Source: an uncultured Desulfobacter sp.
Lineage (GTDB): Bacteria > Desulfobacterota > Desulfobacteria > Desulfobacterales > Desulfobacteraceae
Assembly (NCBI GenBank): GCA_963665095.1
Contig: OY762069.1
Coordinates: 64,001-128,000, forward strand
DNA: 64,000 nucleotides
Reading direction: 5' to 3'
Part shown: positions 32,512 through 43,182 of the stretch, in pieces
How the letters are laid out: every line of letters starts with the position of its first letter
How positions within the stretch are numbered: the stretch's first letter is position 1
Translations under genes and position numbers: made by a program
The notes under the pieces: model-generated
Told to the model about the DNA's origin: nothing
The model's database searches: none
Seen by the model: only the letters and a program-made list of their open reading frames with translations

Positions 32512-33061
32512 TATCTGCCCCTTTTGATACAATCTTTTCATATATGACCCGGTGCCATGGCAACGCTGCATGGCGGGAGGTCTTCTGCCAATGATCATGC
32601 TGCGCCACACGGACCTGTTCAAGCATTGACTTTACAACAGCCATGTATTCATCGGTAATTCGATCTGTCAGATCCGGTTTATTTACCGGAACCGTTTTCC
32701 GGGCCTCAATATATTTTTTGATATTTCGTGCGGCCAGTTCCATGCCGCTGTTTATAATCTCCCTCCAGATACGGTGTTGTTCTATGGAGTCCATTTGAGT
32801 AAGGGGGCGGACCTGGGATTCGTTGGCAGACAACTTGTCGCCAATTAGCGACAAGTTGTAGATCGCTTCATAGGCCCTGATCAGACGGTAGGCATACGCC
32901 TTGCCCATATCCCTCCGCTGCCTGGTATATGTTTCAAGTGACTCAAACAAAGCCTGTTTGTACAAACGGTTATCTCGAATTTCCTTCAAGGCCTGGCCGA
33001 TTTTGTAAAAACATTCCTGATTGCGACCAATCAGGGTTTCAAGCTTAAGCAGCGGTTCCAT
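32504..33061 (-). CDS. Hypothetical mobile-element protein
   Basis: IGQALKEIRDNRLYK...AYRLI...NESQVRPL pattern typical of element-associated proteins. Confidence 0.6.
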   Translation of the reverse strand: MEPLLKLETLIGRNQECFYKIGQALKEIRDNRLYKQALFESLETYTRQRRDMGKAYAYRLIRAYEAIYNLSLIGDKLSANESQVRPLTQMDSIEQHRIWREIINSGMELAARNIKKYIEARKTVPVNKPDLTDRITDEYMAVVKSMLEQVRVAQHDHWQKTSRHAALPWHRVIYEKIVSKGADNG

Positions 33062-33110
33062 ACTCACTGCCCTCACGGCATGGGCTTGCCGACCATAGCG
33101 GCAAGGGCCG

Positions 33111-33419
33111 TCAATTTTGCTGCCTGAACCTGGGGTCGGTATTTATTTGTTTCAAAAACATGACACTGTCCTTAAATCCATAGCCCTTGATTTTCATGAC
33201 AAGGCCGATGGTATTAAAATTCTTTTCGCATCTGAAGCACCTGGCCAGGTTCGTGGCTGGATTGACAGCGGTTTGAAACTCATTGCACAAAGGGCATAGA
33301 AAACGAAAATAGCCATCCCTGATCTTGGATGGAATCTGTAAATGATCCCTGATCAGCATATCACCAGGGATATTATTTCTCAGTTCAAATAGTTGCCTGG
33401 ATAAAAATCTGTTCTTCAA
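33111..33419 (-). CDS. CHC2-type (primase-like) zinc-finger protein
   Basis: CPLC...ARCFRCEKNFNTIGLVMKIKGYGFKDSV. Confidence 0.65.
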   Translation of the reverse strand: MKNRFLSRQLFELRNNIPGDMLIRDHLQIPSKIRDGYFRFLCPLCNEFQTAVNPATNLARCFRCEKNFNTIGLVMKIKGYGFKDSVMFLKQINTDPRFRQQN

Positions 33420-33556
33420 AAGACCCCTCCTTGTTTTTTTGATTTCAGGTGTCTTTTTTATATCATCGGCCAGAACCGTCTGTCAGTTGCCTCTTAAAAC
33501 CAATACTCGATTAGTCGATTATGCCAAAGGGATATTTTATGGAAACCCCCGGATGT

Positions 33557-33769
33557 TTATTGCTCCTCAGCTTCTTCAAGCTTTGTTGCCAGGCAGTTAT
33601 TTTTACAGACAGCTTTGTTTTGCCTGTTCCACTCTTCACTTCACCTCCGGTGAAGCTCATTTTGGCAAGCCGGGCTGCATGTTTTCTGCCGTCCTTTTTG
33701 CCTTACATCAGGAGTGAACCATTTACGGCAAATAGAGCAAGGACGTTTTCCTCGTGAATTTTTTGCCAT
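33557..33769 (-). pseudogene. Cys-rich zinc-finger protein with internal stop (not in ORF track)
   Basis: MAKNSRGKRPCSICRKWFTPDVRQKGRQKTCSPACQNELHRR*SEEWNRQNK; TGA at 33641-33643. Confidence 0.55.
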
Positions 33770-33905
33770 TATTTCTTCTCCAAGATTTGAATCAGGGAGA
33801 TTTTATGTGTCAAATCTTGAAGGATGCAGCAGCGGGGTCTGTCGGCGGGATAGGCGGGGTATGATTTTTATTTTATTTGCGGGGCATAGCTGCGTGATGT
33901 CTGCC

Positions 33906-33953
33906 CGTTACATTATTTCGTCATGAATCTGCGGGGTAGGCGTTACATTATTT
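33906..33953. repeat. 13-bp direct repeat at element end
   Basis: CGTTACATTATTT at 33906-33918 and 33941-33953. Confidence 0.8.
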
Positions 33954-33976
33954 GAATCTTACCAGTCGTCCATACA

Positions 33977-34807
33977 TTAATTATCCACAACCCCGGAATA
34001 CATTGTATATGTAATCATCCCGGTATAGTGTTCGTTGTTCAGTATACACTTTGGTGAAACCGGATCTGATATGCGTTTGAACTTTTCCCAGGTCTCTTTG
34101 GAAACTTCTGTTTCAACCTGTGATGTCCAGAACATATTGATTATAGAGGTTAAGTCTGCTTTGTTCTGTTCAGTCAGCGGTCCCTGGATATCGGCTGTAA
34201 AAGTCCTGGCTTTAATATTGACAAAGCCTGCTTTTCGCAGCCATGCAGGGGCACACATAAAATGCAGTTTTGGGTCGGTACCCGGGTTAAAGGGCAGGGT
34301 TGCCGATTCTGCGGCATTCAATAGGGCTTCAAGATAAGGATATCCGGGAAGCAGTTTTTTGGAAGACAGAAAAAGAAGCGCCGCCATGCCCCCTTTTTTC
34401 GTAATCCTGTGCATATGTTTTAAAATTTCATGGGGCGTTTCAGCAGGACATCCTGTTCCTTTGGGTCCGGGGTACAACCCATCGCAGCACCAGACCAGGT
34501 CAAAGGTATTGTCAGGAAACTCAAGGTGGTTCATGTCGCCTGCAAGAAATCGGAATGAATCTGTTTTATTTGACTGGCAAAGTTTGCTTTCTGCATATTC
34601 AATATGCGCCCGGGAGATATCCACACCTGTGATACAGGCATCGGGATAGGCTTCCAGCATCCACTGCACATGGTTGCCGATTCCACAGGGCAAATCAAGA
34701 ATTTGGGCGCCATTTATCAGTTTCAAAGACTTAATCGCCCTGCGTATGGCCGGCCCGGTCAACCGGGCCGACATTTCCAATGCCGCTATGTATGCATTAT
34801 CATTCAT
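33977..34807 (-). CDS. Class I SAM-dependent methyltransferase
   Basis: ILDLPCGIG, GVDIS, FPDNTFDLVW. Confidence 0.9.
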   Translation of the reverse strand: MNDNAYIAALEMSARLTGPAIRRAIKSLKLINGAQILDLPCGIGNHVQWMLEAYPDACITGVDISRAHIEYAESKLCQSNKTDSFRFLAGDMNHLEFPDNTFDLVWCCDGLYPGPKGTGCPAETPHEILKHMHRITKKGGMAALLFLSSKKLLPGYPYLEALLNAAESATLPFNPGTDPKLHFMCAPAWLRKAGFVNIKARTFTADIQGPLTEQNKADLTSIINMFWTSQVETEVSKETWEKFKRISDPVSPKCILNNEHYTGMITYTMYSGVVDN

Positions 34808-34822
34808 GGGTGATTATTTCTT

Positions 34823-36985
34823 TTAGAATCTGTAATTAAAGGTCAGGCTGATGGTCCGGGGATCTCCCACTGATCCCACCCATCCGATCGAGGTCCCGCT
34901 GTCATAGGCTTCCACAAAGTATTGCTCATCGGTCAGGTTCTGGGCTGCCAGATAAATATCCCAGGTTTCCCGTTCATATCCCAACTTCATATTGTAAAGG
35001 GCATAAGGACTCTGTTCCTGGGTATTTCCCCTGTCAAAGTAGGTGGTTCCGATATATTGCATTTCAGCCCTAGCAAACAGGCCAAACCGATTTCGATATT
35101 CCAGAAAGAGACCGGCATCATATTCCGGGATGCAGGTGACTCGATTCCCATCGTAGTTAACCAGGGTCATAGGGTCAATATATTCGCCGTACTCAGCATG
35201 GGTGTATCCGATGAAACCGTTCAGGGACAGGGTCTCGGTCAGACCATAAGATGCCTCCAGTTCAAAACCGTAAATATCGGTTTCCGTGGCATTGGCCTGG
35301 ATCACTGTCGTGGCGCTGAGCTCAACTCTGTCCTGGTAATCATCGACCTTGGTATAAAATCCGACCAGATTTACTCTCAGTTTCTGTTCGGGAAATTCCG
35401 TTTTAAGACCCAGCTCAAAAGCGGTTGAGACCTCGGGGTCGAAAGAGGCAAGTTCGGGATCATCCACTGCATAGGAATATCCTCCGGCTTTATACCCCTT
35501 TGCCACGCTTGCATATGTCATAAGGTTCTCATTGATTCGATAATCCAAAGCAAACTTGGGAAGAAGTTCGGAATCTGTTTGTTCCATATCATCCGTAAAA
35601 ATGGTTTCGCTGCCTATGCTGCGGTGCTGCCGGTCCTCCAGCGTTCTTTCGGATTGTTCAAAACGAAGGCCGGCTGTCACGCCAAGTGCGTCATTGAAAA
35701 ATCTTAAAGTAGACTGCCCAAAGACGGCCATATCCTGGGCGTCCATGGTTCCGGATGCCGCGTCCATTTCAGTATACAGCGGGACTCTGTAATAATCGGC
35801 ATAAACCTGGTCCAGGTTGTATACATATCCGCAGGTTTCAGTTGAATCACCATAATAGAGCCCTAAAAGCCATTTGAACGACTCATTTGAATCCTTGGAC
35901 TGTAGCCGAAGTTCCTGGGAGAAGCTTTCTGACTCCATTGTATTGATCCCGGCATACAAAGCGCTTGGCGAAAAATCGCCATCCAGTGCATCTTTATTTT
36001 CCATGTCCCTGTATGCCGTCACTGAAACCAGGTCAAATTGATCCCATTCATATTTTACCCGCAGGGAGGTGGCGTTGCTTTCAGAGGTGCTGTATCCCAC
36101 GTAATTTGTTGAGGTTTGAAAGTCATCCAGACCTGTTAAACCCGTGGCCGACTGAAATTGGGTCTTATCGCAGGGCAGGATTGAAAATCCGCCGTCATCA
36201 TCAAGTTCATAGATCCTGAATTTCAGGTCAAAAGACAAATTGTCACTGGGTGTAAAGAGCAAGCGCGCATTGGCCGCGGTTGTTTCCTGGTTATCGATAT
36301 CCTCGCCGTTGAACAGGTTCTCAACGTAACCGTCACGGGCGGACTTTAAGGCAGACAGCCTGAAAAAAAATTTGTTTTCCACTATGGGGGTATTTAAAGA
36401 GGCGCTGATGCGCCATGCATCATAATTTCCGACTTCGGTGCCCACACTGGCTTCAAACTCATTTCCCGGGGGTTTTGTGATAATATTGATCGCACCGCCT
36501 TCGGTGTTTTTGCCATATAAAGTACCCTGGGGACCTTTTAAAACTTCAATTCGTTCGATATCAAACAACGGGGAATTAAAGGCATATAAACCGGCATAGG
36601 AGACATCATCAATATACAGTGCCACGGCAGGCTCTCCAAAGCTTGCATTTGAAATGCCCCTTATCTTCAGCCGGCTGTAATGGCTTCTTGCCCCGGTGTA
36701 TGATGTGGACATATTGGGAACGTACTGCCATATGTCTTTTGTGGATTCAATGGAAGCATCCTCTATTGTCAGATCAGACAAAACCGTTATGGAATTGGTC
36801 ACTTTCTGAACATCTTCTTCTCTTTTCTGGGCTGTGACTGTAATCATTTCCAATGATGTTTCCCCGGATGCAGGGTCGGTTTCGGACGCTGAACAGGGCG
36901 GATGTATAGAGACCCAGAACAGACTGGTAAGAAATAAAACCACAACTGATTTAAACTTTGAGACTCGTCTTTTTTTAATGGGCAT
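34823..36985 (-). CDS. TonB-dependent receptor
   Basis: ITVTAQKR TonB box, IERIEVLKGPQGTLYGKN, terminal YRF. Confidence 0.95.
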   Translation of the reverse strand: MPIKKRRVSKFKSVVVLFLTSLFWVSIHPPCSASETDPASGETSLEMITVTAQKREEDVQKVTNSITVLSDLTIEDASIESTKDIWQYVPNMSTSYTGARSHYSRLKIRGISNASFGEPAVALYIDDVSYAGLYAFNSPLFDIERIEVLKGPQGTLYGKNTEGGAINIITKPPGNEFEASVGTEVGNYDAWRISASLNTPIVENKFFFRLSALKSARDGYVENLFNGEDIDNQETTAANARLLFTPSDNLSFDLKFRIYELDDDGGFSILPCDKTQFQSATGLTGLDDFQTSTNYVGYSTSESNATSLRVKYEWDQFDLVSVTAYRDMENKDALDGDFSPSALYAGINTMESESFSQELRLQSKDSNESFKWLLGLYYGDSTETCGYVYNLDQVYADYYRVPLYTEMDAASGTMDAQDMAVFGQSTLRFFNDALGVTAGLRFEQSERTLEDRQHRSIGSETIFTDDMEQTDSELLPKFALDYRINENLMTYASVAKGYKAGGYSYAVDDPELASFDPEVSTAFELGLKTEFPEQKLRVNLVGFYTKVDDYQDRVELSATTVIQANATETDIYGFELEASYGLTETLSLNGFIGYTHAEYGEYIDPMTLVNYDGNRVTCIPEYDAGLFLEYRNRFGLFARAEMQYIGTTYFDRGNTQEQSPYALYNMKLGYERETWDIYLAAQNLTDEQYFVEAYDSGTSIGWVGSVGDPRTISLTFNYRF

Positions 36986-37139
36986 TATGTCGCTCCTAAT
37001 ATTATATTATTCAGCTAAATATATTTGACAACGCCATAATGTTTATCATAATCTGACCCGGCGTGTTTGTGGTGTATTAATTTTTTTTTGCTCTGGGTTC
37101 ATTTTGAACTATTCAGGATTGCGGCAGGGAGCCAACGAT

Positions 37140-38108
37140 ATGATTTCAATGGATATGCAAACAATCGTCAAAGGCGATTTTTCCCAATATGATGGACAAC
37201 TTCAGCCCATTGAAGTCAATCCCGACTACGGTACCGGCCACCTGACCCGGTTCGTTTCTTTTCAAAGCGGCATTTCTGTAGTCATTCAGGATTTTGTTTT
37301 GCATGGCAAAGGAAAAATCCGATTGTTCCCGATAAAAAAACAGCCGCAGCTTATCAGCTTTTTCAACGATTTATCTGGCATTGATCATTTCTCTTATACC
37401 CGGCCTCGGATTCCCTTAGGGACGGGATTTTCTACCATTAATTTCCCTGAATACGAACCCGCTCTTTATATTGACGTCAGGGCCAATATTCCTGTCCAAA
37501 CTTTTTTTGTATGCATGGAACCTGCTGTCTTTACAAGATTGACGGGAACCAGCAGCAGCGAACTGGTAGATTCTCTGGATTGTCTTGACAGGGGACTCAA
37601 CAAACAAAGCGTACTGGGGCGGGTAAAAAACATTGATTTTGCCCAGAAAACATGCGGGCATCAAGCAATGGCGGCTTTTATGGAAAATTTCGTTGATACA
37701 CTTTTTCTGGAAGCCAAAGCCCTTGAATTTGTATCATTACAGCTTAAACAATTGGCAGTCCTGACAGGCAAAGCGCCCCGACAGGAGAGGATTGAAAACC
37801 GTGCGGAAAAGATCGGCTTTGCCTGTGAGATTTTACAAAAAGAGATGGCAACCCCGCCAAGGGTGCTGGATCTTGCCCGCAGGGTAGGGCTCAACCACAA
37901 TCACCTGACCCAGGGATTCAAAGAGATGTTTGGGCTGTCCCCCTTCGAGTACCTGCGGGTCATACGCCTTGAAACGGCGCGTGAACTGATTTCAAGCCAT
38001 GAATGCAGTGTATCAGAAGCCGCTTACAATGTGGGATACGCAAGCCTGAGCCACTTCACCAAGACCTTTCGAAAAGAGTTCGGGATAAACCCCAAGGCAT
38101 GTGCATGA
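37140..38108 (+). CDS. AraC family transcriptional regulator (PchR-like)
   Basis: LEAKALE, C-terminal double HTH ...VGYASLSHFTKTFRKEFG. Confidence 0.9.
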   Translation: MISMDMQTIVKGDFSQYDGQLQPIEVNPDYGTGHLTRFVSFQSGISVVIQDFVLHGKGKIRLFPIKKQPQLISFFNDLSGIDHFSYTRPRIPLGTGFSTINFPEYEPALYIDVRANIPVQTFFVCMEPAVFTRLTGTSSSELVDSLDCLDRGLNKQSVLGRVKNIDFAQKTCGHQAMAAFMENFVDTLFLEAKALEFVSLQLKQLAVLTGKAPRQERIENRAEKIGFACEILQKEMATPPRVLDLARRVGLNHNHLTQGFKEMFGLSPFEYLRVIRLETARELISSHECSVSEAAYNVGYASLSHFTKTFRKEFGINPKACA

Positions 38109-38130
38109 CAATGATAATGGCGTATCGCAT

Positions 38131-38208
38131 ATGATCATTCTTCTTAACGGGCCGTTGGGCATTGGGAAGACGACAATTACCGAGGCGCTCATGAAGCGCT
38201 ATCATTAA
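38131..38208 (+). pseudogene. P-loop kinase/AAA N-terminal fragment
   Basis: MIILLNGPLGIGKTTITEAL then stop. Confidence 0.55.
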
Positions 38209-38269
38209 GAGTGTAATGCCCGGTCGCCTATTGGGTCGCCGCCAATCCTGGGCCGCTCAATGGGCTTGA

Positions 38270-38464
38270 GCCTTTGCATTCCTCCATTGGGGCTTGAAAG
38301 ATCCCTGGGCCCTTGAAACCTGGCAACCCGGCATCCGGCTTTTCGATGTCTGGGACTACACCGATTACTGTAAAAAACGCTGGGGGCTTTTCGGCGTGGT
38401 GGCAAGAGTTCCCTTTGTCCGTCCTAAGCTCTCCTGCAGGATTGTTTACCTCTCTTTCATCTAA
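38270..38464 (+). pseudogene. C-terminal fragment resembling TcmP/LCM-type methyltransferase
   Basis: HWGLKDPWALETWQPGIRLFDVWDY...KRWG; no start codon, upstream in-frame stop. Confidence 0.5.
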
Positions 38465-38668
38465 ATAATTCAAATATTTCAGCCGATTTTCTTTTTTAAA
38501 GGCAGGCTTGGCCAGGTTGTGATTAACCACTTTCTTATTTTCCAAAATCTGCCCCTCCCGGGTTGAATTTTTTATGGCTTTTATTGTTGCTGTAGGCTAA
38601 CATAATAAATCTATACTGATTTATGCTGTGATGTTTCAAACACTGCTTTTTTAGGCCGGGGAACAAGA

Positions 38669-39670
38669 ATGGATATTGATTTTAAAATTGATCTGGATCA
38701 TGGAGCTCACCAGGAACACTACTGTCCGGTCCCGCAAAATAAAAGTCCATATGAAACCTGCTGGTCCCTGACCAAAGACGTTGGGTCGGGCACCATCACA
38801 AAAATCGAACCCCAACCGGGGTTTGTCATTTATGTGGCAGATTTTGAGCTTAAAAAGACCATGATCACATCTTTTGCATCAAGCGACTCCGCCGTAGGAT
38901 TCGGTTTTCTTCTGTCCGGTTCCGGGTGGGCCAGGGCTCATGCGGTACCATACCGTGGGGATTTCATGGCCGGTAAAAGCTCGGTGTTTTTCTATCCGGA
39001 CCAGTGCGGTGTTATGAAGGATATGAAAAATTCCAGACGGCGGTCCATTTCCCTTATCGTGGAGCCTGAGCGGTTCAACCGCCTGCTTAAAGGCAGTCTG
39101 GATGGCATTCCCAGGGAATTCAGGACGTTTCTGGACGGCACAAGCCGGTTGGGCGGATACAGCCTGGACCGCGGGATGACCTCCCTGATTTCCCAGGCCC
39201 TGGAACCGTTTTTTCTGTGTCCCTTTACAGGGGCTGCCCGGCTGCTTTATCTTGAAAGCAAAGCCATGGAACTGATTGCTTTAAGGCTGTCGCAACTGAC
39301 GGCAGAAACTAAAGATCAGACCAGGATCAAGGAATTAGGCGCCCTGGATATCAACAAGGTGCATCAGGCAGCTGCACAGCTTCACCTTGACCTTGAAAAT
39401 CCGCCATCCCTGTTTGAACTGGCTGCTTCCCAGGGTATCTCCCATGCCAAACTCAACCGTGGTTTCCATCAGGTTTTCGGCACCACAGTATTTGGATATC
39501 TAAGAACTATCAGGCTTTTCAAGGCAAAACAAATGTTGGAGCAAGGCCGGTTCAATGTAACGGAAACGGCCATGGCGGTTGGTTATTCATCCCTTTCCTC
39601 CTTTGCCAGGGCTTTTTACGCCCAGTACGGCATGGCACCGAACCAATGCCTGGAAAAAAGGGCTGTGTAG
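38669..39670 (+). CDS. AraC family transcriptional regulator (PchR-like)
   Basis: YLESKAMELI, PPSLFELA, VGYSSLSSFARAF. Confidence 0.92.
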   Translation: MDIDFKIDLDHGAHQEHYCPVPQNKSPYETCWSLTKDVGSGTITKIEPQPGFVIYVADFELKKTMITSFASSDSAVGFGFLLSGSGWARAHAVPYRGDFMAGKSSVFFYPDQCGVMKDMKNSRRRSISLIVEPERFNRLLKGSLDGIPREFRTFLDGTSRLGGYSLDRGMTSLISQALEPFFLCPFTGAARLLYLESKAMELIALRLSQLTAETKDQTRIKELGALDINKVHQAAAQLHLDLENPPSLFELAASQGISHAKLNRGFHQVFGTTVFGYLRTIRLFKAKQMLEQGRFNVTETAMAVGYSSLSSFARAFYAQYGMAPNQCLEKRAV

Positions 39671-39810
39671 CCCGCAACCGGCGCTAAAAAATTCACCTGT
39701 TCATTTCAGATTCAAAATAGTTCAAATGGGATTAGCCGCCCTTTTTGTTTTCATATTATAGCGTTCATGGATGAAATTACTGAACAGATCAACAAAGAGG
39801 GGAAAAAAGA

Positions 39811-41925
39811 ATGAAGAAAAGAATCACCATGATATGCAAATCGCAATTGTTGAAACTTGGAATTGTTTGGGGTGTTATGACAATTACCGCGGCTGTGTTT
39901 GCCGCTGAAGCCAAGGAGACTTCCTTGCAGGCGCAACCCCCGGCACTGGAGGAGACCGAACTTACAACCATGACCGTGACGGCCCAGAAACGCACCGAAG
40001 ATGTCCGGGATGTCCCCATCAGTATGAGTGTCTTTTCGGATATGTATATTGAAGATGCCGGCATCAAAAATCTTAAGGAGCTGACATTTTTTACCCCCAA
40101 CCTCTACAGTCAGCAGGTGGTTAATCAGAATATGCTGCTGATCAGAGGCGTCTCTTCCCACTCGGTTGCCTTGAATACCCCGGTGGGACTTTTTGTGGAT
40201 GACATCAGTTATCCGCTGACCTTCATGCAGAATCCGGACCTGATGGATATTGAACGTATTGAGGTGCTCAAAGGCCCCCAGGGAACGCTGTACGGCCGCA
40301 ATACCGAATCCGGGGCCGTTAATATCATTACAAAGCAGCCTGATAATAATATGCGCGGCAAAGTATTTATAGAACCTTCATTTTATGATGTGCCTGGCAA
40401 GGACGTATTCAGTATCAGGACCGGGGCAAGCATCAGTGGTCCGATCTTGAAAGACAAACTGTTTTTCGGTGTCTCCTATCAGTATGAAGACAGTGACGGC
40501 TACACCGAAAATATATACAACAACGATGATAAGGCAGGAAAAATCAACCATAATAACGGCCAGGCCAAAATCCGCTGGACCCCCAGTGACCCTTGGGACA
40601 TTACCATGGTGGTCAATGGCTATGAAACCGATGACGGCTACGGCTATCTTCGGTACATTGACGGGGCTGCCCAGTCCGACCGGTATACCGTTAACTGGGA
40701 TGGCAGCAACGAATGGACAGATAAAAATAACGGCCAGGCCCTTCGTGTAAACTATTCGGCAGGCAGCTACCGGTTGACCTCCATCACCACCAGAAATGAA
40801 TATTCCACCTATTTCATCAATGACGGGGAATTTGGCCCAACTGTCTATCCGGATCAGGTTTTTGACTTTGACGATACTATTTACAGCCAGGAGCTGCGGT
40901 TTTCCTCGGCAGATGAAAGCAGCCCGTTTGAATGGATTGCCGGTGTTTACGGGTTTTCAGAAGAGGTGGATGCCCTTGCGCAGTATTTTGGTGCCTCATA
41001 TATTACAAATTATGAAAGCCAGGGCTTTGCCATGTTCGGGCAGGCAACCTACACCGTTTGGGACCGTCTTCACCTGACGGCAGGACTGCGGTACGACTAC
41101 CAGGAATACGAAGGAGAGCAGGCAGCAAGCGCATATGCCGAGCCCTACAGCGCCGAATTCGACCATGGGGAGTGGCTGCCAAAAGCATCCGTCTCCTATG
41201 ATTTCAATGCGCCGGTCATGGGCTATGTTTCAGTCACCAAAGGCATGCTTGCCGGGGGATATGATTATGCCTTTGCCTCAAGTTCCGATACCCTGACCTT
41301 TGACCCGGAATTTTCCTGGAATTATGAAACCGGACTAAAAACCTCCTGGTTTGATGACCGGCTGATGATCAATGCCGCTGTCTTTTATATCGACATCAAG
41401 GACAAACAGGTACAAGAGTACATCAATGGCGGACCCTTACGGGAAATCAGCAATGCGGCAAGAGCCTCATCCAAGGGCGGTGAACTTGAAATCACGGCCC
41501 GGCCGCTTCCGGGATGGCAGATATTTGCCGGGGGCGGTTATGCTGATTCACAATTTGAAGAGTGGGTATCGGACCTGAACGGCGGCGGCACCTATGATTT
41601 TGACGGCCACCACCTGACCTATGCCCCTGAATACACTTTTAATGCCGGGATACAATACAACCATGCTTCCGGGTTTTTCGGCAGAGTGGACATGACCGGG
41701 TGCAGCAGTTTTTACACGGATGCAAAAAACACGGTGAAAGTTGACGGCCATGAAACCGTGAACCTTAAAATTGGATATGAAACCGACTCATTTCAAATCA
41801 GCCTGTGGTGTGAAAATCTCTTTGATGAAGCGTATATCGTAACCAAATCCTACTATTTTGGGGGGCATATTGCCCAGGACGGGTCCCCCAGGATCATCGG
41901 GACAACTCTTGTATACCGGTTTTAA
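39811..41925 (+). CDS. TonB-dependent receptor
   Basis: MTVTAQKR, IERIEVLKGPQGTLYGRN, terminal YRF. Confidence 0.95.
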   Translation: MKKRITMICKSQLLKLGIVWGVMTITAAVFAAEAKETSLQAQPPALEETELTTMTVTAQKRTEDVRDVPISMSVFSDMYIEDAGIKNLKELTFFTPNLYSQQVVNQNMLLIRGVSSHSVALNTPVGLFVDDISYPLTFMQNPDLMDIERIEVLKGPQGTLYGRNTESGAVNIITKQPDNNMRGKVFIEPSFYDVPGKDVFSIRTGASISGPILKDKLFFGVSYQYEDSDGYTENIYNNDDKAGKINHNNGQAKIRWTPSDPWDITMVVNGYETDDGYGYLRYIDGAAQSDRYTVNWDGSNEWTDKNNGQALRVNYSAGSYRLTSITTRNEYSTYFINDGEFGPTVYPDQVFDFDDTIYSQELRFSSADESSPFEWIAGVYGFSEEVDALAQYFGASYITNYESQGFAMFGQATYTVWDRLHLTAGLRYDYQEYEGEQAASAYAEPYSAEFDHGEWLPKASVSYDFNAPVMGYVSVTKGMLAGGYDYAFASSSDTLTFDPEFSWNYETGLKTSWFDDRLMINAAVFYIDIKDKQVQEYINGGPLREISNAARASSKGGELEITARPLPGWQIFAGGGYADSQFEEWVSDLNGGGTYDFDGHHLTYAPEYTFNAGIQYNHASGFFGRVDMTGCSSFYTDAKNTVKVDGHETVNLKIGYETDSFQISLWCENLFDEAYIVTKSYYFGGHIAQDGSPRIIGTTLVYRF

Positions 41926-41986
41926 AAAGCATTGCCGGTCAAGTTTTTTAAAAACCCAACCATATAAACGTCACAAGGAAAAAACT

Positions 41987-43003
41987 ATGCAAACACCTGA
42001 TAACATAATGGCTCCCAAAAGACTGTTCGATCTTTTTTATGGAACAACAAAGTCATGGATATTGACCACTGCAGTCGAGTTAGACGTGTTCGATATAACA
42101 ATTGAAAAGAAGACCGCACCTGAAATCGCAGCCTCTCTTGGCACCCATGAGACCAATACAGCCCTTTTTTTAAATGCCCTGTGCTCCCTTGACCTGCTTG
42201 AAAAAGAGAACGGCGCATATATCAACACGCCCTTGTCGGACACATTTCTGGTCAAGGGAAAGGCATGCTACCTGGGGCAGTTCCTGATCCTGGGCGACCA
42301 GTGGAACTTTACCTCCAAACAAGAGATGAAAGATTGTATTATAAACGGCCCTAAGCCCCCAAAATTAGATTTCAACGATATGGGCAAACTGTTCGCACCT
42401 TATGTAAAGTCCATGAGAAATTTTTCCCGCACCGGTGTTTCACAGCAGATGGCAAAACAGATCAGCAAACTGCCCGCATTTATGGAAATGAAAAAGATGC
42501 TTGAACTAGGGGGTGCCCATGGCATGGACTGTATTGCCATGACACAAAAGAACCCTTCCCTGAACGGCGTTATTTTTGATAAACCCGCTGTCATAGAGGT
42601 CACCCGGGAAATCATTGCCGACCACAAGATGGAAGACAGGGTTACGACCATGGAAGGCGACTATGGAACAGATCCTTTGGGCAGCGGATACGATCTGATT
42701 TACGCAAAAGCAACACTGAGCATGTTTAGGGATGATTTGAATCCGTTATTCAAAAAAATTTATGATGCCCTGAATCCCGGGGGGTTTTTTGTCTCTGTTC
42801 ATGACGGACTTACCAACGAAAGCACAAGACCCACGGACATGGTCATCGGCTGGCTTCCCACCGGCCTTTCTTCCCTTGATTTGTCTTTTGACCGGGATGT
42901 TATCCCCGATGCCATGCTTGAAGCCGGGTTTAAAACTGTTAAGATTAAACCCATACCTTTTTCCATGGGGGAAACCATGGACATGTGCATCGGGAAAAAA
43001 TAA
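41987..43003 (+). CDS. SAM-dependent O-methyltransferase with dimerisation domain
   Basis: AVELDVFD N-terminal domain, MLELGGAHG, GDY, LNPGG; ATG at 41987. Confidence 0.9.
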   Translation: MQTPDNIMAPKRLFDLFYGTTKSWILTTAVELDVFDITIEKKTAPEIAASLGTHETNTALFLNALCSLDLLEKENGAYINTPLSDTFLVKGKACYLGQFLILGDQWNFTSKQEMKDCIINGPKPPKLDFNDMGKLFAPYVKSMRNFSRTGVSQQMAKQISKLPAFMEMKKMLELGGAHGMDCIAMTQKNPSLNGVIFDKPAVIEVTREIIADHKMEDRVTTMEGDYGTDPLGSGYDLIYAKATLSMFRDDLNPLFKKIYDALNPGGFFVSVHDGLTNESTRPTDMVIGWLPTGLSSLDLSFDRDVIPDAMLEAGFKTVKIKPIPFSMGETMDMCIGKK

Positions 43004-43119
43004 TTTCAAGATCACATCGTTTTGGGGGACAGCGTTTTGGGGGACAGCATACCGATTATCAAAATTTGATCCTGTTCCCCTTAGTTTGATAAAACACACT
43101 GGAATTGTTGGACTTGAAT

Positions 43120-43160
43120 GCCAAAAGGGGCTGATTGAAAAACCAATCAGCCCCTTTGGC
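43120..43160. terminator. Bidirectional intrinsic terminator
   Basis: GCCAAAAGGGGCTGATTG...CAATCAGCCCCTTTGGC. Confidence 0.8.
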
Positions 43161-43182
43161 AGTTGTATTATTCCTCTGCTGT

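Larger units (their letters stand above)
31460..33963 (-). mobile_element. Decayed DDE transposable/integrative element with one end retained
   Basis: Four co-oriented minus-strand ORFs (Zn-finger, CHC2-like, hypothetical, DDE); terminal repeats CGTTACATTATTT at 33906 and 33941. Confidence 0.65.

Noticed and set aside
33439..33926. Plus-strand ORFs in the element end
   Set aside because: The minus-strand Cys-rich pseudogene fits the element orientation better
38210..38460. HEARO/omegaRNA-like or riboswitch-like RNA on the minus strand, and the 105-aa ORF 38228-38545
   Set aside because: Only scattered resemblance; better explained by a plus-strand methyltransferase fragment
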